The notes: generated by a model from the letters alone, not told the origin. A stretch of 64,000 nt of DNA from an uncultured Planctomycetota bacterium (GCA_963823665.1 CAWGMQ010000010.1:192001-256000), one strand, 5' to 3'. Positions 9,332 through 19,158 are shown, counted from the first letter of the stretch. Numbers and translations are program-made.

Positions 9332-12131
9332 ATGGGAGCACGTAGCCAGGCACGGATCCTGCTCGTCGAGGATGATCAAGGCGTCGCCCGGCTCGAGCAG
9401 CTAGAGCTCGAGCGCGCAGGCTACTCCGTGGTCACGGCGACTACAGCGTCCGCGTGTCTCGAACGAGTGGCCGCGGGAGGCATTGATCTCATCGTCCTGG
9501 ACCAGCAGCTCGATGCCGGCTTGACCGGCTTGGACCTCTTCCGCCAGATCAAAGAGGCCGGCCAGGATGTGCCCGCCATCCTGGTCACCGGTCTTCAGGA
9601 CGAGAATCTGCTCGTCGAGGCGCTGCGCGCGGGAGTGCGCGACTTCGTCCCCAAGACTCCCAACTTTCTCAATCACCTCGAGCCGATCGTGAGCCGCGTG
9701 ATCCGCCAGGTGAGCACCGAGCGCGACCTCGCCGAATCGCGCATCCTGGCCCGCGAAAGCGAAGCCCGCCGCCGCGAGCTCGAGCACGAGATCGCCAGCC
9801 GCAAGCGCGTCGAGCAGGCGCTTCGCGAGGCGGAAGAAAGCCTGCGGCTCATGGTCGAGAGCATCAAGGATTTCGCGATCTTCACCGTCGATCCCGACGG
9901 CAGTATCGTCACCTGGAACTCGGGTGCCGATCAGCTCTTCGGTTATGCAGAAGCAGACATCATCGGCCAGAAGATCGCGGTGCTCTTTCCCCCCGAGGAT
10001 CGCGCCGCAGGAATCCCCGAGCAGGAAATCGCCGCCGCCGCCGCCACCGGCCGCGCAACCGACGAGCGCTGGCACATCCGCAAGGACGGCAGCCGGTTCT
10101 TCGCCAGCGGCGTGCTCGCACCGATCTTTGACGAAGACTCGAAGTTGAGAGGCTTCACCAAGATCGCTCGCGACATCACCCGACGAAAGCACGCCGAGGA
10201 GGCCGTGCGCGAGGCCGCCGTGCGGCTCGAAGGCAATCGTCGACACCGCCGCCGATGGAATCATCACGATCGACGAGCACGGATTGGTCGAGTCGATCAA
10301 CTTTGCCGCCGAGCGGATCTTCGGCTTCACTCGCGACGAAGTGGTCGGGTCGAACATCACCATGCTCATGCCCGAGCCCTATCGCAGCGAGCACGGAGGT
10401 TACCTCCTGGCCTATTTGACGACCGGCCAGCAGCGGATCATTGGCTCGGTTCGCGAAGTCATGGGCCTCCGTAAGGACGGCTCGACGTTTCCCATGGAGC
10501 TGGCCGTGAGCGAGACCCTCCTGGGCCAGCGCCGCATCTTCACCGGCATCGTTCGCGACATGACCGAATTCAAGAAGTCGCTCGCCGAGCGGAACCGGCT
10601 GGTCACCGAGCTGGGCGCCGAGCGCGCCTTGCTCAACAGCCTGCTCGACAAGGCCCCGGTCGGCCTTGGCTTTTTCGATTCCGATCTCCACTTCCTGCGC
10701 ATCAACCCCGCACTCCAGGAGATGGCCGCCCTTGACTTTGCGGATCGACCGGGCCAGACACTCCAGGACGCCTTCCCGGCACTCGCAAGCGATTTCTGCG
10801 AAGCCCTTGAAGAGGTGCTTTCAACCGGCCAGAGCATCATCAACAAGGAAATCGCCTTCGAGACTGCAGGAAAAACCGGCCCCGCTCGCTACTGGCTCTG
10901 CAGCTTCTACCCCGTAAAAACCCCCGACGGCACCATCTTGGGCGTCGGCTCCGTGGTTGCCGACATCGACGACCGCAAGCGAATGGAAAAAGCACTGCTG
11001 GATGCCGACCAGCGCAAGGATCACTTCCTCGCCATGCTCGCGCACGAGCTGCGAAACCCACTGGCTCCCATCAGCAACGCCGTTCAGATCATGCGCATCG
11101 AAGGACCGGGCGGGGCCAACCTGGAATGGTCGATCGACGTCATCGCCGATCAGATCAAGCACATGACCCGCATCGTCGACGACCTGCTCGACGTCTCCAG
11201 GATCACCCGAGGAACGGTCTCGCTGCGCAAGGAGTCGATCGAGCTCGAACGGGTCGTCGAGCTCGCCGTCCAGGCCAGCCAGCCGGTGCTCGAGGACTAT
11301 GAGCACGAGCTTCGCATCACGCTTCCACCGCAAACCGTCGTCCTCGACGTCGACCCCGCGCGCCTGGCGCAGGTACTCAGCAATCTGCTCAACAACGCCG
11401 CCAAGTACACACCGGAGGGGGGCCGGATCGAGCTGACCGCGGCTCTGGCGGGCTCCGATGTCCTCGTGACCGTCAAGGATAACGGCATCGGCATCGCGCC
11501 CGAGCTCCTCCCCAAACTCTTCGATATGTTCGTCCAGGCCGATCAAACCCTCTCGCGCTCGCGCGGCGGCCTGGGAATCGGGCTCACGGTCGTCCGCTCC
11601 CTGGTCGAGATGCATGAAGGAACCGTGAGCGTGCACAGCGACGGACCCGGAACAGGGAGCGAGTTCACCTTCCGCATCCCCCTGGCGGAATCATCGGCCG
11701 TCGCCGTCGCCAAGACGAAAGTGCACCCCGAGGGCCCCGCACGCACGCTACCGCGACGGCGAATTCTCGTCGTCGATGATAATCTCCGAAACGCGGCGAG
11801 CCTCGAAAAACTGCTCACTGCGCTCGGGCAGGAAGTCCACACTTCATACGATGGACGCGACGCCCTGGAGATGGCCCGCATCCACCATCCCGACGTCATC
11901 CTGCTCGATATCGGCCTCCCCATCATGGACGGCTACGAAGTGGCCCGTCGCTGCCGCGACAATCCTGCCTTGTCGAAAATCATCCTGGTCGCCATGACCG
12001 GCTACGGCAAAGCCGAAGACAGGCGGCGCTCGCAGCTCGCGGGATTCAACGCACACCTCGTCAAGCCCGTCGGCCTCGAAGACCTTGCACTCCTCCTCGA
12101 GCACACCGCGACGAACGCCCCATCGTGTTGA
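9332..12131 (+). CDS. Hybrid sensor kinase REC-PAS-PAS-PAS-HK-REC; frameshift near 10230
   Basis: N-terminal receiver, three PAS/PAC repeats, FLAMLAHELRNPLAPI, NLLNNAAKY, GGLGIGL, C-terminal receiver. Confidence 0.9.
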
Positions 12132-12159
12132 GGCCCCCGACCCTGGGCCCCGTCGAACC

Positions 12160-12375
12160 TCAGTCTCCGCCCGCCTCACCAGGTCCGCATCCCAACTGGC
12201 GGACGCCCGATTCACTTGGCGCGCTCGCACGCATTCGCGCATGGTTCGCCATATGACGCAGATAGCACAGCCACGAACAACACTCCTCCGAGCAATGCCG
12301 GCAAAAAACACCGTTGCGCAGCCCCCCGCCACACTCCGGGCACTTATCGCCATCCATACGAGATTGGCTGTCCAC
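12160..12375 (-). CDS. Small Cys/His zinc-finger-like protein (71 aa)
   Basis: AGGAG RBS 5 nt before GTG; pattern C-x2-C-x9-C-x2-C-x4-C-x3-C-x3-H; sigma54 motif upstream. Confidence 0.65.
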   Translation of the reverse strand: MDSQSRMDGDKCPECGGGLRNGVFCRHCSEECCSWLCYLRHMANHARMRASAPSESGVRQLGCGPGEAGGD

Positions 12376-12487
12376 CGTTTCTCCTGGAAAGCTCCCTCAC
12401 AAACGCACGGCCATCCTCACGCCCTCCGCTATCCCAACCTGCTCTCTCCCGAGAACCACCTCCAGAACCCCGCCACATATTAAGCTA

Positions 12488-12503
12488 TGCACCTCTCGTG
12501 CCG
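12488..12503 (-). promoter_or_regulatory. sigma54 promoter for the zinc-finger microprotein
   Basis: Minus strand CGGCAC-GAGAG-GTGCA (GG-N10-GC), about 110 nt upstream of GTG 12375. Confidence 0.55.
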
Positions 12504-13063
12504 TGACGAAGAGCGCACCCACCCGAGCGCTTCACGACTGCCGTCCACCTCGTCTCACGATCCTGAGGAACAGGCTGACATTAACGTCCTGATTTCGACA
12601 TCAACCCTACCCCGAAGCAAAGCCCTCGTTTGGCGCATCCCGTCGGAATGATCTCCCGCTCCGCGGCCCGCTTCATGTGAATCGGCGGAAGTTGTTCCCG
12701 ACTCGCTCCTAAGAATGCAAGCGTGCATGGTGCCATGAAAGGCGGCCACGCGGCGGTTGAGAAGCAATATAGAACACAAAGTTGCTTCCGGGGCTCGGTG
12801 TTGGTTTAGTGCCACATCGGGCGTGGTTTCCGTTGTAGGAAAGCGACTTCGTGCGGGTTTATCCGGAAACGTGCCTTGAATAAGAACTTTCTCGGGCTAT
12901 TCTCGACCACTGCGACGCGGTGATGCAGCTTATTCTTGCACTCCGGGTACGAAGGGAATCGGCTTCCGCCTCATGTTTCATGACGCGCTCGCGTGTGTTG
13001 CTAGAACCCCCGACTCGAGACATTGGCGTTCGCTCGCTTCTTCATTTGAACCGGAGGGAAACC

Positions 13064-14563
13064 ATGCCCAGACATCGCGCCAGACGTGATCGCACCGGTC
13101 CGCCCACCAGCCGAAAACGCGCCCTTGCGCCGATCCCCGAGATTCTGGAGGGCCGCCTGCTCCTCTATGCGGCCTTGGGCGACCAGTTTGTCTACAGCAG
13201 TCGCATCACCTATAGCTTTATGCCCGACGGCACCAACGTTGGTGGCGTGCCCAGCGCCCTCTTTGCGACATTGAATGCCAAGTACCCGACCGCAACCTGG
13301 GAGGCGCAGATCGAACAGGCCGCCTCGATCTGGGAAAACGCCGCCAATCTTAACCTGGCGCTCGTTTCCGACGGCGGCGAAGCCGTGGGCAGCTCGGGCG
13401 ACCAGCAAGACGATCCTCGATTCGGAGACATCCGCATCGGTGCCGTCCCCTTGGGCTCCGGCACGCTGGCAGTGACGTTCCTCCCTCCGCCGGCCAATGG
13501 CGGAACCGATGCTGGCGACATCCTGCTGAACTCGAACATCAACTGGCAGGTCAACTCGAACTATGACCTGATGACCGTGATGGCCCACGAATTCGGCCAT
13601 GCCCTCGGGCTGGGCGACGTGTCCAGCCCCACGGACCCTTACCCGGTGATGTATGGCGAATATGAAGGAATCAACCAGGCGCTCACCGCCGACGACACCG
13701 CCGGCATCCAGGCCGTCGACGGGGTGCGCCAGTTCGACGCTTATAATGTCGGGGGCAAGCGCAACCTTTCCTACCTGACGGCGCCGAACATCTCGGGCAA
13801 TTTCGGCAGCAACGCCCAGCTCGCGATCCCGTCGCTGGATATCACGACCGGCGGCGACAGCGAGTGGTTCTACCTCACGGTTCCCTCGACCACGACAGGC
13901 ACGATGACCGTGAGCGTCCAGTCGACCAACTTGAGCTCCCTCTCACCCAAGCTAATGGTCTACAACTCCTCGCTGGGTCTGGTCGATCAGGCGCTGGCTG
14001 CCAATTCGATGGGCGCCACCGTCAGCGTCAGCACCAGCGTCGCCGCGAACCAGGGCTACTACATCAAGGTACTGGCCGCGCCCGGTTATGGGTCCATCGG
14101 CAGCTACGGGCTGCTCGTCAACGCCGGCTCGCAGTCACAGGCCGCCATTCCTCCGCCGAATACATATGTCGCACAGCAGCCCGATCAGAGCGGCGGCTCA
14201 ATCACCAACGGCGTCACGCCAACCGGTGGCGCAAACACGCCCCCGCTGCCTCCGGGCGCGGTCCTCATGACCATCGGTAACCTGAGCGGATGGGCCTTGG
14301 GCTTCACCAGCCCGCCAGTTGCGCCGACGACTTCACCCCCCGAATCGCCGTCCAGCCCGGCGCCTCCGCCAGCAAGCCCGAGTCCGACCGCTCCTACTGT
14401 CCCTATCGCCGCGCCCAGCCCGGTCCCGGTCACGCCGGTCTTTTCATCCTCCCGGCACCACGCCAAGGTGAAACACCACAACCTGCCAAAAGCTGCCGTC
14501 ACGCACCGGATCAAGCTCGTGACCGATCACCATCACAAACCGAAGTCCCATCGCGACCACTAA
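13064..14563 (+). CDS. Matrixin (M10-like) zinc metalloprotease, exported, with Pro-rich and His/Lys-rich tail
   Basis: GGAGG RBS; planctomycete LEGRLLL motif; GDIRIG; HEFGHALGLGD; PVMY Met-turn. Confidence 0.85.
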   Translation: MPRHRARRDRTGPPTSRKRALAPIPEILEGRLLLYAALGDQFVYSSRITYSFMPDGTNVGGVPSALFATLNAKYPTATWEAQIEQAASIWENAANLNLALVSDGGEAVGSSGDQQDDPRFGDIRIGAVPLGSGTLAVTFLPPPANGGTDAGDILLNSNINWQVNSNYDLMTVMAHEFGHALGLGDVSSPTDPYPVMYGEYEGINQALTADDTAGIQAVDGVRQFDAYNVGGKRNLSYLTAPNISGNFGSNAQLAIPSLDITTGGDSEWFYLTVPSTTTGTMTVSVQSTNLSSLSPKLMVYNSSLGLVDQALAANSMGATVSVSTSVAANQGYYIKVLAAPGYGSIGSYGLLVNAGSQSQAAIPPPNTYVAQQPDQSGGSITNGVTPTGGANTPPLPPGAVLMTIGNLSGWALGFTSPPVAPTTSPPESPSSPAPPPASPSPTAPTVPIAAPSPVPVTPVFSSSRHHAKVKHHNLPKAAVTHRIKLVTDHHHKPKSHRDH

Positions 14564-14853
14564 AAAAGATCACCCGCGCCGATCCGGGGCAGGCATGCCC
14601 TGTCCCGGTTCGCACGCGGGTGATTCGTTCCCCGCTTTGTTCATCTCCTCAGCGATTCGCCCGGCTCTCCCGCTCGACCGCGCCTTGGCTCGCTGAGCCC
14701 GTTCGTGTGCCCGCGCCTTCCTGCACCATCTTGCGGCACGATTCTTCGCACCGCCGGCACTCATCCGCGCACATCTTCATTTCATCACCAGAATCGCGCA
14801 CGACTCATCAGTCTTGACCGCTTGTGCAGTCGCCCGGAACCGGTCGAACGCAG

Positions 14854-14895
14854 AAAACGGCGCGAGCCAGCGCTCGTGAACACTGGCTCGCGCCG
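14854..14895 (-). terminator. Intrinsic terminator after csbD
   Basis: 13-bp perfect stem cggcgcgagccag/ctggctcgcgccg followed by TTTT on the minus strand. Confidence 0.6.
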
Positions 14896-14920
14896 CGATG
14901 TCACGGCTTCGGTTGATCGG

Positions 14921-15373
14921 CTAGCGGGAGCGCAAAGCCAAGCCGACCACGACGCCCAGAAGGACGCCGGCTCCGAACGCCGTGGCGACCGATCGGGTGG
15001 GATTATCGCGGATCATGTCCCGCGACACTTCGTATCCCCGTTCGAATTCGCCGGAAATCCGGTTGTACCCTTCGCGCGCCTGGTGGGCCACGCGATCATA
15101 CCCCTCGCGGGCGCCTTCCGCGGCCTGACGTACATACTGGCCAGCGCTTTCCGCGGCTTGCGAGATCGCCGAGGCACCCTGCGCGGTCAGTTCGTCCAGG
15201 AACCCCTCGACTGCTTCTCGGGCTTCTCCCGTCTTGTGCTGAATTCGCCCGATGAGCTGATCGATATTTCCGTTGGCGAATCTCAAGTCGTCGTCGGTCA
15301 ATTGACCCCACTTCTTCTTGAGCTGCCCGCGCACCTGGTTCCACTGACCTTGCAATACTTGTGTGTTGACCAT
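14921..15373 (-). CDS. csbD: CsbD family protein with C-terminal DUF883-like membrane anchor
   Basis: LQGQWNQVRGQLKKKWGQLTDDDL...DQLIGRIQHKTG; ends IRDNP...GAGVLLGVVVGL. Confidence 0.88.
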   Translation of the reverse strand: MVNTQVLQGQWNQVRGQLKKKWGQLTDDDLRFANGNIDQLIGRIQHKTGEAREAVEGFLDELTAQGASAISQAAESAGQYVRQAAEGAREGYDRVAHQAREGYNRISGEFERGYEVSRDMIRDNPTRSVATAFGAGVLLGVVVGLALRSR

Positions 15374-15441
15374 GGAAACGGTCTCCTCCCCATTGATTGC
15401 GTTAGAAGCCTGGATTCCTGCTGTTCCCTGCTCAGGGGCCG

Positions 15442-15645
15442 CTAGTTCTTCTTCTCCGCCGGTGCCAGCGGCGGATTCTCACCCTTCTTGTCGATCGTCG
15501 TCTCGGTATGCTGGCGCGTGGTGCCGTCAGGCGTCTTGATTGTCGTGTCCGTCTTGACGCCACTCTCGTCGGCGCAGCCGGAGAAGGCGATCGTGAATCC
15601 GCAGAGTACCGCCGGAGCAAGAAGAGCACTGATAGCTTTACGCAT
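15442..15645 (-). CDS. Small lipoprotein
   Basis: MRKAISALLAPAVLCGFTIAFSG-C lipobox; GAGGA RBS. Confidence 0.75.
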   Translation of the reverse strand: MRKAISALLAPAVLCGFTIAFSGCADESGVKTDTTIKTPDGTTRQHTETTIDKKGENPPLAPAEKKN

Positions 15646-15728
15646 CTCTTTTCCTCAGATGTTAAGCTCTTGACGGCATGCAACCCCGCTCGGAGTCCGT
15701 CATTTGCCGTCATCGCCGGGAGATACAT

Positions 15729-15744
15729 TGCAACAACCGTGCCG
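15729..15744 (-). promoter_or_regulatory. sigma54 promoter (lipoprotein-csbD unit)
   Basis: Minus strand CGGCAC-GGTTG-TTGCA. Confidence 0.75.
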
Positions 15745-15825
15745 ATCGCGGCGATTCTCGAGCCACCGCCGGCCAACACGTACACTGATCCCCCGCGGAC
15801 CGCGCCACATAATGACGGCGCCAAT

Positions 15826-15841
15826 CGGCACATGGCTTGCA
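15826..15841 (+). promoter_or_regulatory. sigma54 promoter (15937-17280 unit)
   Basis: CGGCAC-ATGGC-TTGCA, divergent from the 15729 site. Confidence 0.75.
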
Positions 15842-15936
15842 TAGAATAGAACCAGCAGGCCGCGCAAGTGCGGGCAGGCACCAGAGCCCGCCTTTGATAC
15901 GTTGGCGGCACACAGCAAACCCGAGCGAGCCCAGCG

Positions 15937-16464
15937 ATGGCAACGTCGAGAGCGGGTGGTGGAACAGATCTGAGCGAGCTGCAGCGGCAGATGGCCCAGA
16001 TCCGTCACGAAATGCACGAGGAGGTCAGAGGAGCGGTGCGCGGCGCACAGTCCTTGACCGATTGGCGACGCATCGTCGCAAATCACCCATGGGCCGCGCT
16101 CGGAATCGCCGCCGCCGCGGGGTTTCTGGTCGTCCCCTCGCGCCGCGCCAGGCGCATGGATCAGTCGCTGCCCACGACGGCCCTTGCCCAGGCAACCCAG
16201 AGCCCGGCGCCGTATCGCGGCGTACCTTCGCCGGTAGCGGGTCTGGGCGTGCTGCGTACCGCGCTCGGGCTCCTCACTCCTGTCATCGCCAGGGCGGCTC
16301 AGAACTACGCGCTCAATCAGATCGAGCACTGGCTCGCCGAAAATGCGTTCCGATTCAAGGAAATGGCGGAGGCTCGCGCGGCCGAAACGGTGCAAGCCCC
16401 GCGTGCGGATCAGAGTCGCGTCGCCCCAACGATCCCTTTTCGAGACCGCCTCGAGCGACCTTGA
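15937..16464 (+). CDS. Hypothetical membrane-anchored stress protein (DUF3618-like)
   Basis: LQRQMAQIR...LTDWRRIVANHPWAALGIAAAAGFL. Confidence 0.7.
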   Translation: MATSRAGGGTDLSELQRQMAQIRHEMHEEVRGAVRGAQSLTDWRRIVANHPWAALGIAAAAGFLVVPSRRARRMDQSLPTTALAQATQSPAPYRGVPSPVAGLGVLRTALGLLTPVIARAAQNYALNQIEHWLAENAFRFKEMAEARAAETVQAPRADQSRVAPTIPFRDRLERP

Positions 16465-16540
16465 CCGAGGAACGATCACCTTCGCCGGCAAGAGTGATCG
16501 CCGGCCTTTCCAGCAAACCCTCGTTCAAAAGGAAAAGATC

Positions 16541-16780
16541 ATGTTCTCATTTTCTCGATCAGCGCATTCCGGCAATGGAAGTCACGGCCATTCAGGCACA
16601 GCCGTTGATCTCGCTGACGAAGCGCGGCAGGCACTCGATCAAGCCGGCCAGCAGGTGCGAGACCGCTTCGGCGACCTCGAAGAAATGGTGGAAACGTGGG
16701 TGAAGACTCGTCCCGGACTGACTCTCGGAGCCGCGCTAGCGGTAGGAGTGGTGATCGGATGGCTGATCAAGAGGCGCTGA
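16541..16780 (+). CDS. DUF883/ElaB-YqjD-like tail-anchored protein
   Basis: WVKTRPGLTLGAALAVGVVIGWLIKRR C-terminus. Confidence 0.75.
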   Translation: MFSFSRSAHSGNGSHGHSGTAVDLADEARQALDQAGQQVRDRFGDLEEMVETWVKTRPGLTLGAALAVGVVIGWLIKRR

Positions 16781-17280
16781 GCCAGCACAACGGATCGGGC
16801 AGCTCGGCGAGATTCGCCGCCGGCCTTCGCGACTCCGGTGGTCGCTCGCCTCAGCCGGTGCGAACCGAGGCGGCGGCCGGCGAAGTGGTGAGCAATGTCG
16901 CCGGCTTCGGCGAGAATCTGCTCAATCTGGCCGAGCTCCAAGCTCGCATGGCCGCGGTCGAGCTGCGCCAGAACGTGAGTGCCATGAAGGCCGCCGGCAC
17001 CGTGCTCGCGGCCGCCGCGCTCCTTGCAGTGGCCTCGTTCCCGGTCGTGCTGGCGGGCATCGCCGAGCTTCTGGTCTCGGAGCTCGCGTGGCGACGCGGT
17101 CATGCCCTCCTCACGGTGGGCTTGGCCACGATCGGCATCGCCGCGCTTGTCGCCGTCACAGCGGCCGTCTGGCTCAGGCGCCAGCAATTCGGGTTCCCGT
17201 TGTCGGCCGAGGAGTTCACCCGAAACCTGAACTGGGTGCACACGGTGTTGCGCTTGAGCGGGCGCCGCCCGACGCGGTGA
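16759..17280 (+). CDS. Holin-like (DUF1469/YqjE-type) membrane protein
   Basis: LAELQARMAAVEL followed by two TM helices; typical neighbour of DUF883 genes. Confidence 0.75.
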   Translation: MADQEALSQHNGSGSSARFAAGLRDSGGRSPQPVRTEAAAGEVVSNVAGFGENLLNLAELQARMAAVELRQNVSAMKAAGTVLAAAALLAVASFPVVLAGIAELLVSELAWRRGHALLTVGLATIGIAALVAVTAAVWLRRQQFGFPLSAEEFTRNLNWVHTVLRLSGRRPTR

Positions 17281-17296
17281 AGCTGAACGACCGGAA

Positions 17297-17746
17297 TCAG
17301 GCCGGGGTCACCGCGTCCCTGACCACCTGTCCCATCATCCGGTCCGAAAGAACCGGCGCGATATCGGCCCAGCCGATGATTCCTTGCACTTCGCCCCGGG
17401 AATCGACGACCAGAACACGCCTCACTCCCTGGGCTCGTAGCACACCACAGACCTCCTCGAGCCGGTCATCCGCTGCCACCGAGACGATTCCAGGTGTCAT
17501 GATGGATCCCACGGTTTGACTGGAGAGCTCCGGGAACTCCGAGATCGCCAGCGCAACGTCACGATCGGTCAGAACGGCCACGGGCTTGCCTTCTTCCAGG
17601 ATCGGCACCGCCCCGCAGTCGTTGTCCCGAAAAATCATCACCGCTTCCAGGACCGTGCTGAACGTCGAGCAAGTGCGCGGCGCGGCCGTCATCACATCGG
17701 CCGCCCTTATCAAATCGAGTGCCTTCCAGTCCTCGCGGTCGTTCAT
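17297..17746 (-). CDS. CBS domain protein
   Basis: DVMT...CGAVPILEEGKPVAVLTDRDV...SIMT...VRRVLVVD..GII. Confidence 0.9.
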   Translation of the reverse strand: MNDREDWKALDLIRAADVMTAAPRTCSTFSTVLEAVMIFRDNDCGAVPILEEGKPVAVLTDRDVALAISEFPELSSQTVGSIMTPGIVSVAADDRLEEVCGVLRAQGVRRVLVVDSRGEVQGIIGWADIAPVLSDRMMGQVVRDAVTPA

Positions 17747-17822
17747 GAGGGGTCATTCCTCTCGAGTATTCGATTGCGCAAACGAGCAAGCGCACGTTGC
17801 ATCTCCTGTGCACAGAAGCACC

Positions 17823-17838
17823 AGCATATCCCATACCA
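17823..17838 (-). promoter_or_regulatory. sigma54-like promoter for the CBS gene
   Basis: Minus strand TGGTAT-GGGAT-ATGCT (GG-N10-GC, weaker match). Confidence 0.5.
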
Positions 17839-17892
17839 GATTGTTCGCCTATCCGCGGTCCCTTTGCGCGATTTCGCTCCCGCCGGGCGCGA

Positions 17893-17908
17893 TGGCACCA
17901 CATTTGCC
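17893..17908 (+). promoter_or_regulatory. sigma54 promoter
   Basis: TGGCAC-CACAT-TTGCC, about 75 nt before ATG 17984. Confidence 0.75.
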
Positions 17909-17983
17909 CTATTTGCTCCACTGACAGGAGGGCGCGCTCCGAAGTGAGAGCGCGTGCTCGATTTCGCAATGAGGAGATCAGCG

Positions 17984-18181
17984 ATGGATACAGCCTTCGA
18001 TGTGAGATACCCGAAAAATATGGTCACGGCCTCCGGCGCGGAAAGTGTCAATTGGGCCGAGTCGACAATTCATTCGGTTGTCCACTGCCTCGAGGATTAT
18101 GCGCGAGCGCGGCCGTTGTCGTTCGCAATGTGGACGTTCGGCATCGGCTTCGCGCTGGGTTGGAAGCTGAAGCCCTGGTGA
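17984..18181 (+). CDS. Small tail-anchored hypothetical protein
   Basis: GAGGAG RBS; YARARP...FGIGFALGWKLKPW, a DUF883-like C-terminus. Confidence 0.75.
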   Translation: MDTAFDVRYPKNMVTASGAESVNWAESTIHSVVHCLEDYARARPLSFAMWTFGIGFALGWKLKPW

Positions 18182-18457
18182 AGCCCGACGCGTGTGACCG
18201 CGGCGGGTCTTGACCAGAACCGACCCGTGGGGCCGAACCGGCTCGACTCGGTTGAATGACGACCTCATTCGAACGCCTCCCGCCGGCCGGCCACCACGGC
18301 GGCGGGACCGCCGCTGCCCGCTGTGGCGGCGGCGATCTGGTCCCATGATCCGGCGAAAGAGCAGCTCCGGTCGCCGGTCCATGCGCGGATTTACCCAAAA
18401 TGCAATCTAAATACACTCATTCCATCAATAAAGAATAAAAATTGGTTTTAAACCATT

Positions 18458-18473
18458 TGGCACTGGGTTTGCA
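18458..18473 (+). promoter_or_regulatory. sigma54 promoter with AT-rich upstream tract
   Basis: TGGCAC-TGGGT-TTGCA preceded by an AT-rich stretch at about 18395-18455 (possible IHF/bending region). Confidence 0.82.
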
Positions 18474-18555
18474 TTTATTAGCCAGGTGTCGGGATCGGTC
18501 GGCTCGAAGCAGCGGACCGGGTCCTCTCATTCTTAGATGAACAAGGAGCCAATCG

Positions 18556-18726
18556 ATGTTGCACTATGCGGTGGTATTTCTGGTGATAGCGCTTCTGGCC
18601 GCGATCTTCGGATTCGGCGGCATTGCCGGAGCGGCTGCCGGCATTGCGAAGGTTCTGTTCTTCGTTTTCCTGGTTCTGTTTATCGTATCGCTCATCTTCG
18701 GGCGCACACGAACACCAGTTGTTTAA
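18556..18726 (+). CDS. DUF1328 (UPF0391) small membrane protein, 56 aa, absent from the ORF track
   Basis: [65 protein letters not shown]. Confidence 0.93.
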   Translation: MLHYAVVFLVIALLAAIFGFGGIAGAAAGIAKVLFFVFLVLFIVSLIFGRTRTPVV

Positions 18727-18874
18727 GCGCCGGCCTCTTCGCAGGCCTCGGCAAATGGCCGCGGCGGGCCGGCCGGATCGTCACCACCGGCGAGAACCTG
18801 CGGGAGATTGATCCAGTTCGGATCCCTTCCCTGCGTGAGGGGAGGGAAAAACACCTTTCGAGAAGGAGTAAGCA

Positions 18875-19129
18875 ATGAATTGGGATACGGTCAAGGGTGA
18901 CTGGAAGCAGTTCCAGGGCAAGGTCAAGGAAGCTTGGGGCAAGATCACAGATCAGGAGCTCGACGTGATCGCCGGCAAGCGAGATCAGTTGGTCGGCGCG
19001 ATCCAGAAGAGTTACGGAATCGCCCGCGATGAGGCCGAGCAGCAAGTCGCGCAGTTCGAGCGCTCCTGCGGCGACGGCCACTCGTGCTCGACAACGACTG
19101 AGCGGCCGGAGCTGTCCAAAGCCCGCTGA
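18875..19129 (+). CDS. csbD: CsbD family protein
   Basis: MNWDTVKGDWKQFQGKVKEAWGKITDQELDVIAGKRDQLVGAIQKSYG; AAGGAG RBS. Confidence 0.93.
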   Translation: MNWDTVKGDWKQFQGKVKEAWGKITDQELDVIAGKRDQLVGAIQKSYGIARDEAEQQVAQFERSCGDGHSCSTTTERPELSKAR

Positions 19130-19158
19130 CGAAACGTGCGCGTCGGCGACACCGGCAC

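Noticed and set aside
12720..12735. Further sigma54-like strings (12720 minus strand, about 29201 plus strand)
   Set aside because: Correct GG-N10-GC spacing but poor -12 element, so not counted.
16759..17280. Holin-like gene as evidence of a prophage
   Set aside because: No phage genes nearby; this family normally sits with DUF883 stress genes.
18692..19158. C-terminal extension of the 975-aa minus-strand ORF over csbD and DUF1328
   Set aside because: Read-through caused by a frameshift near 19220; the likely true stop is at 19159.
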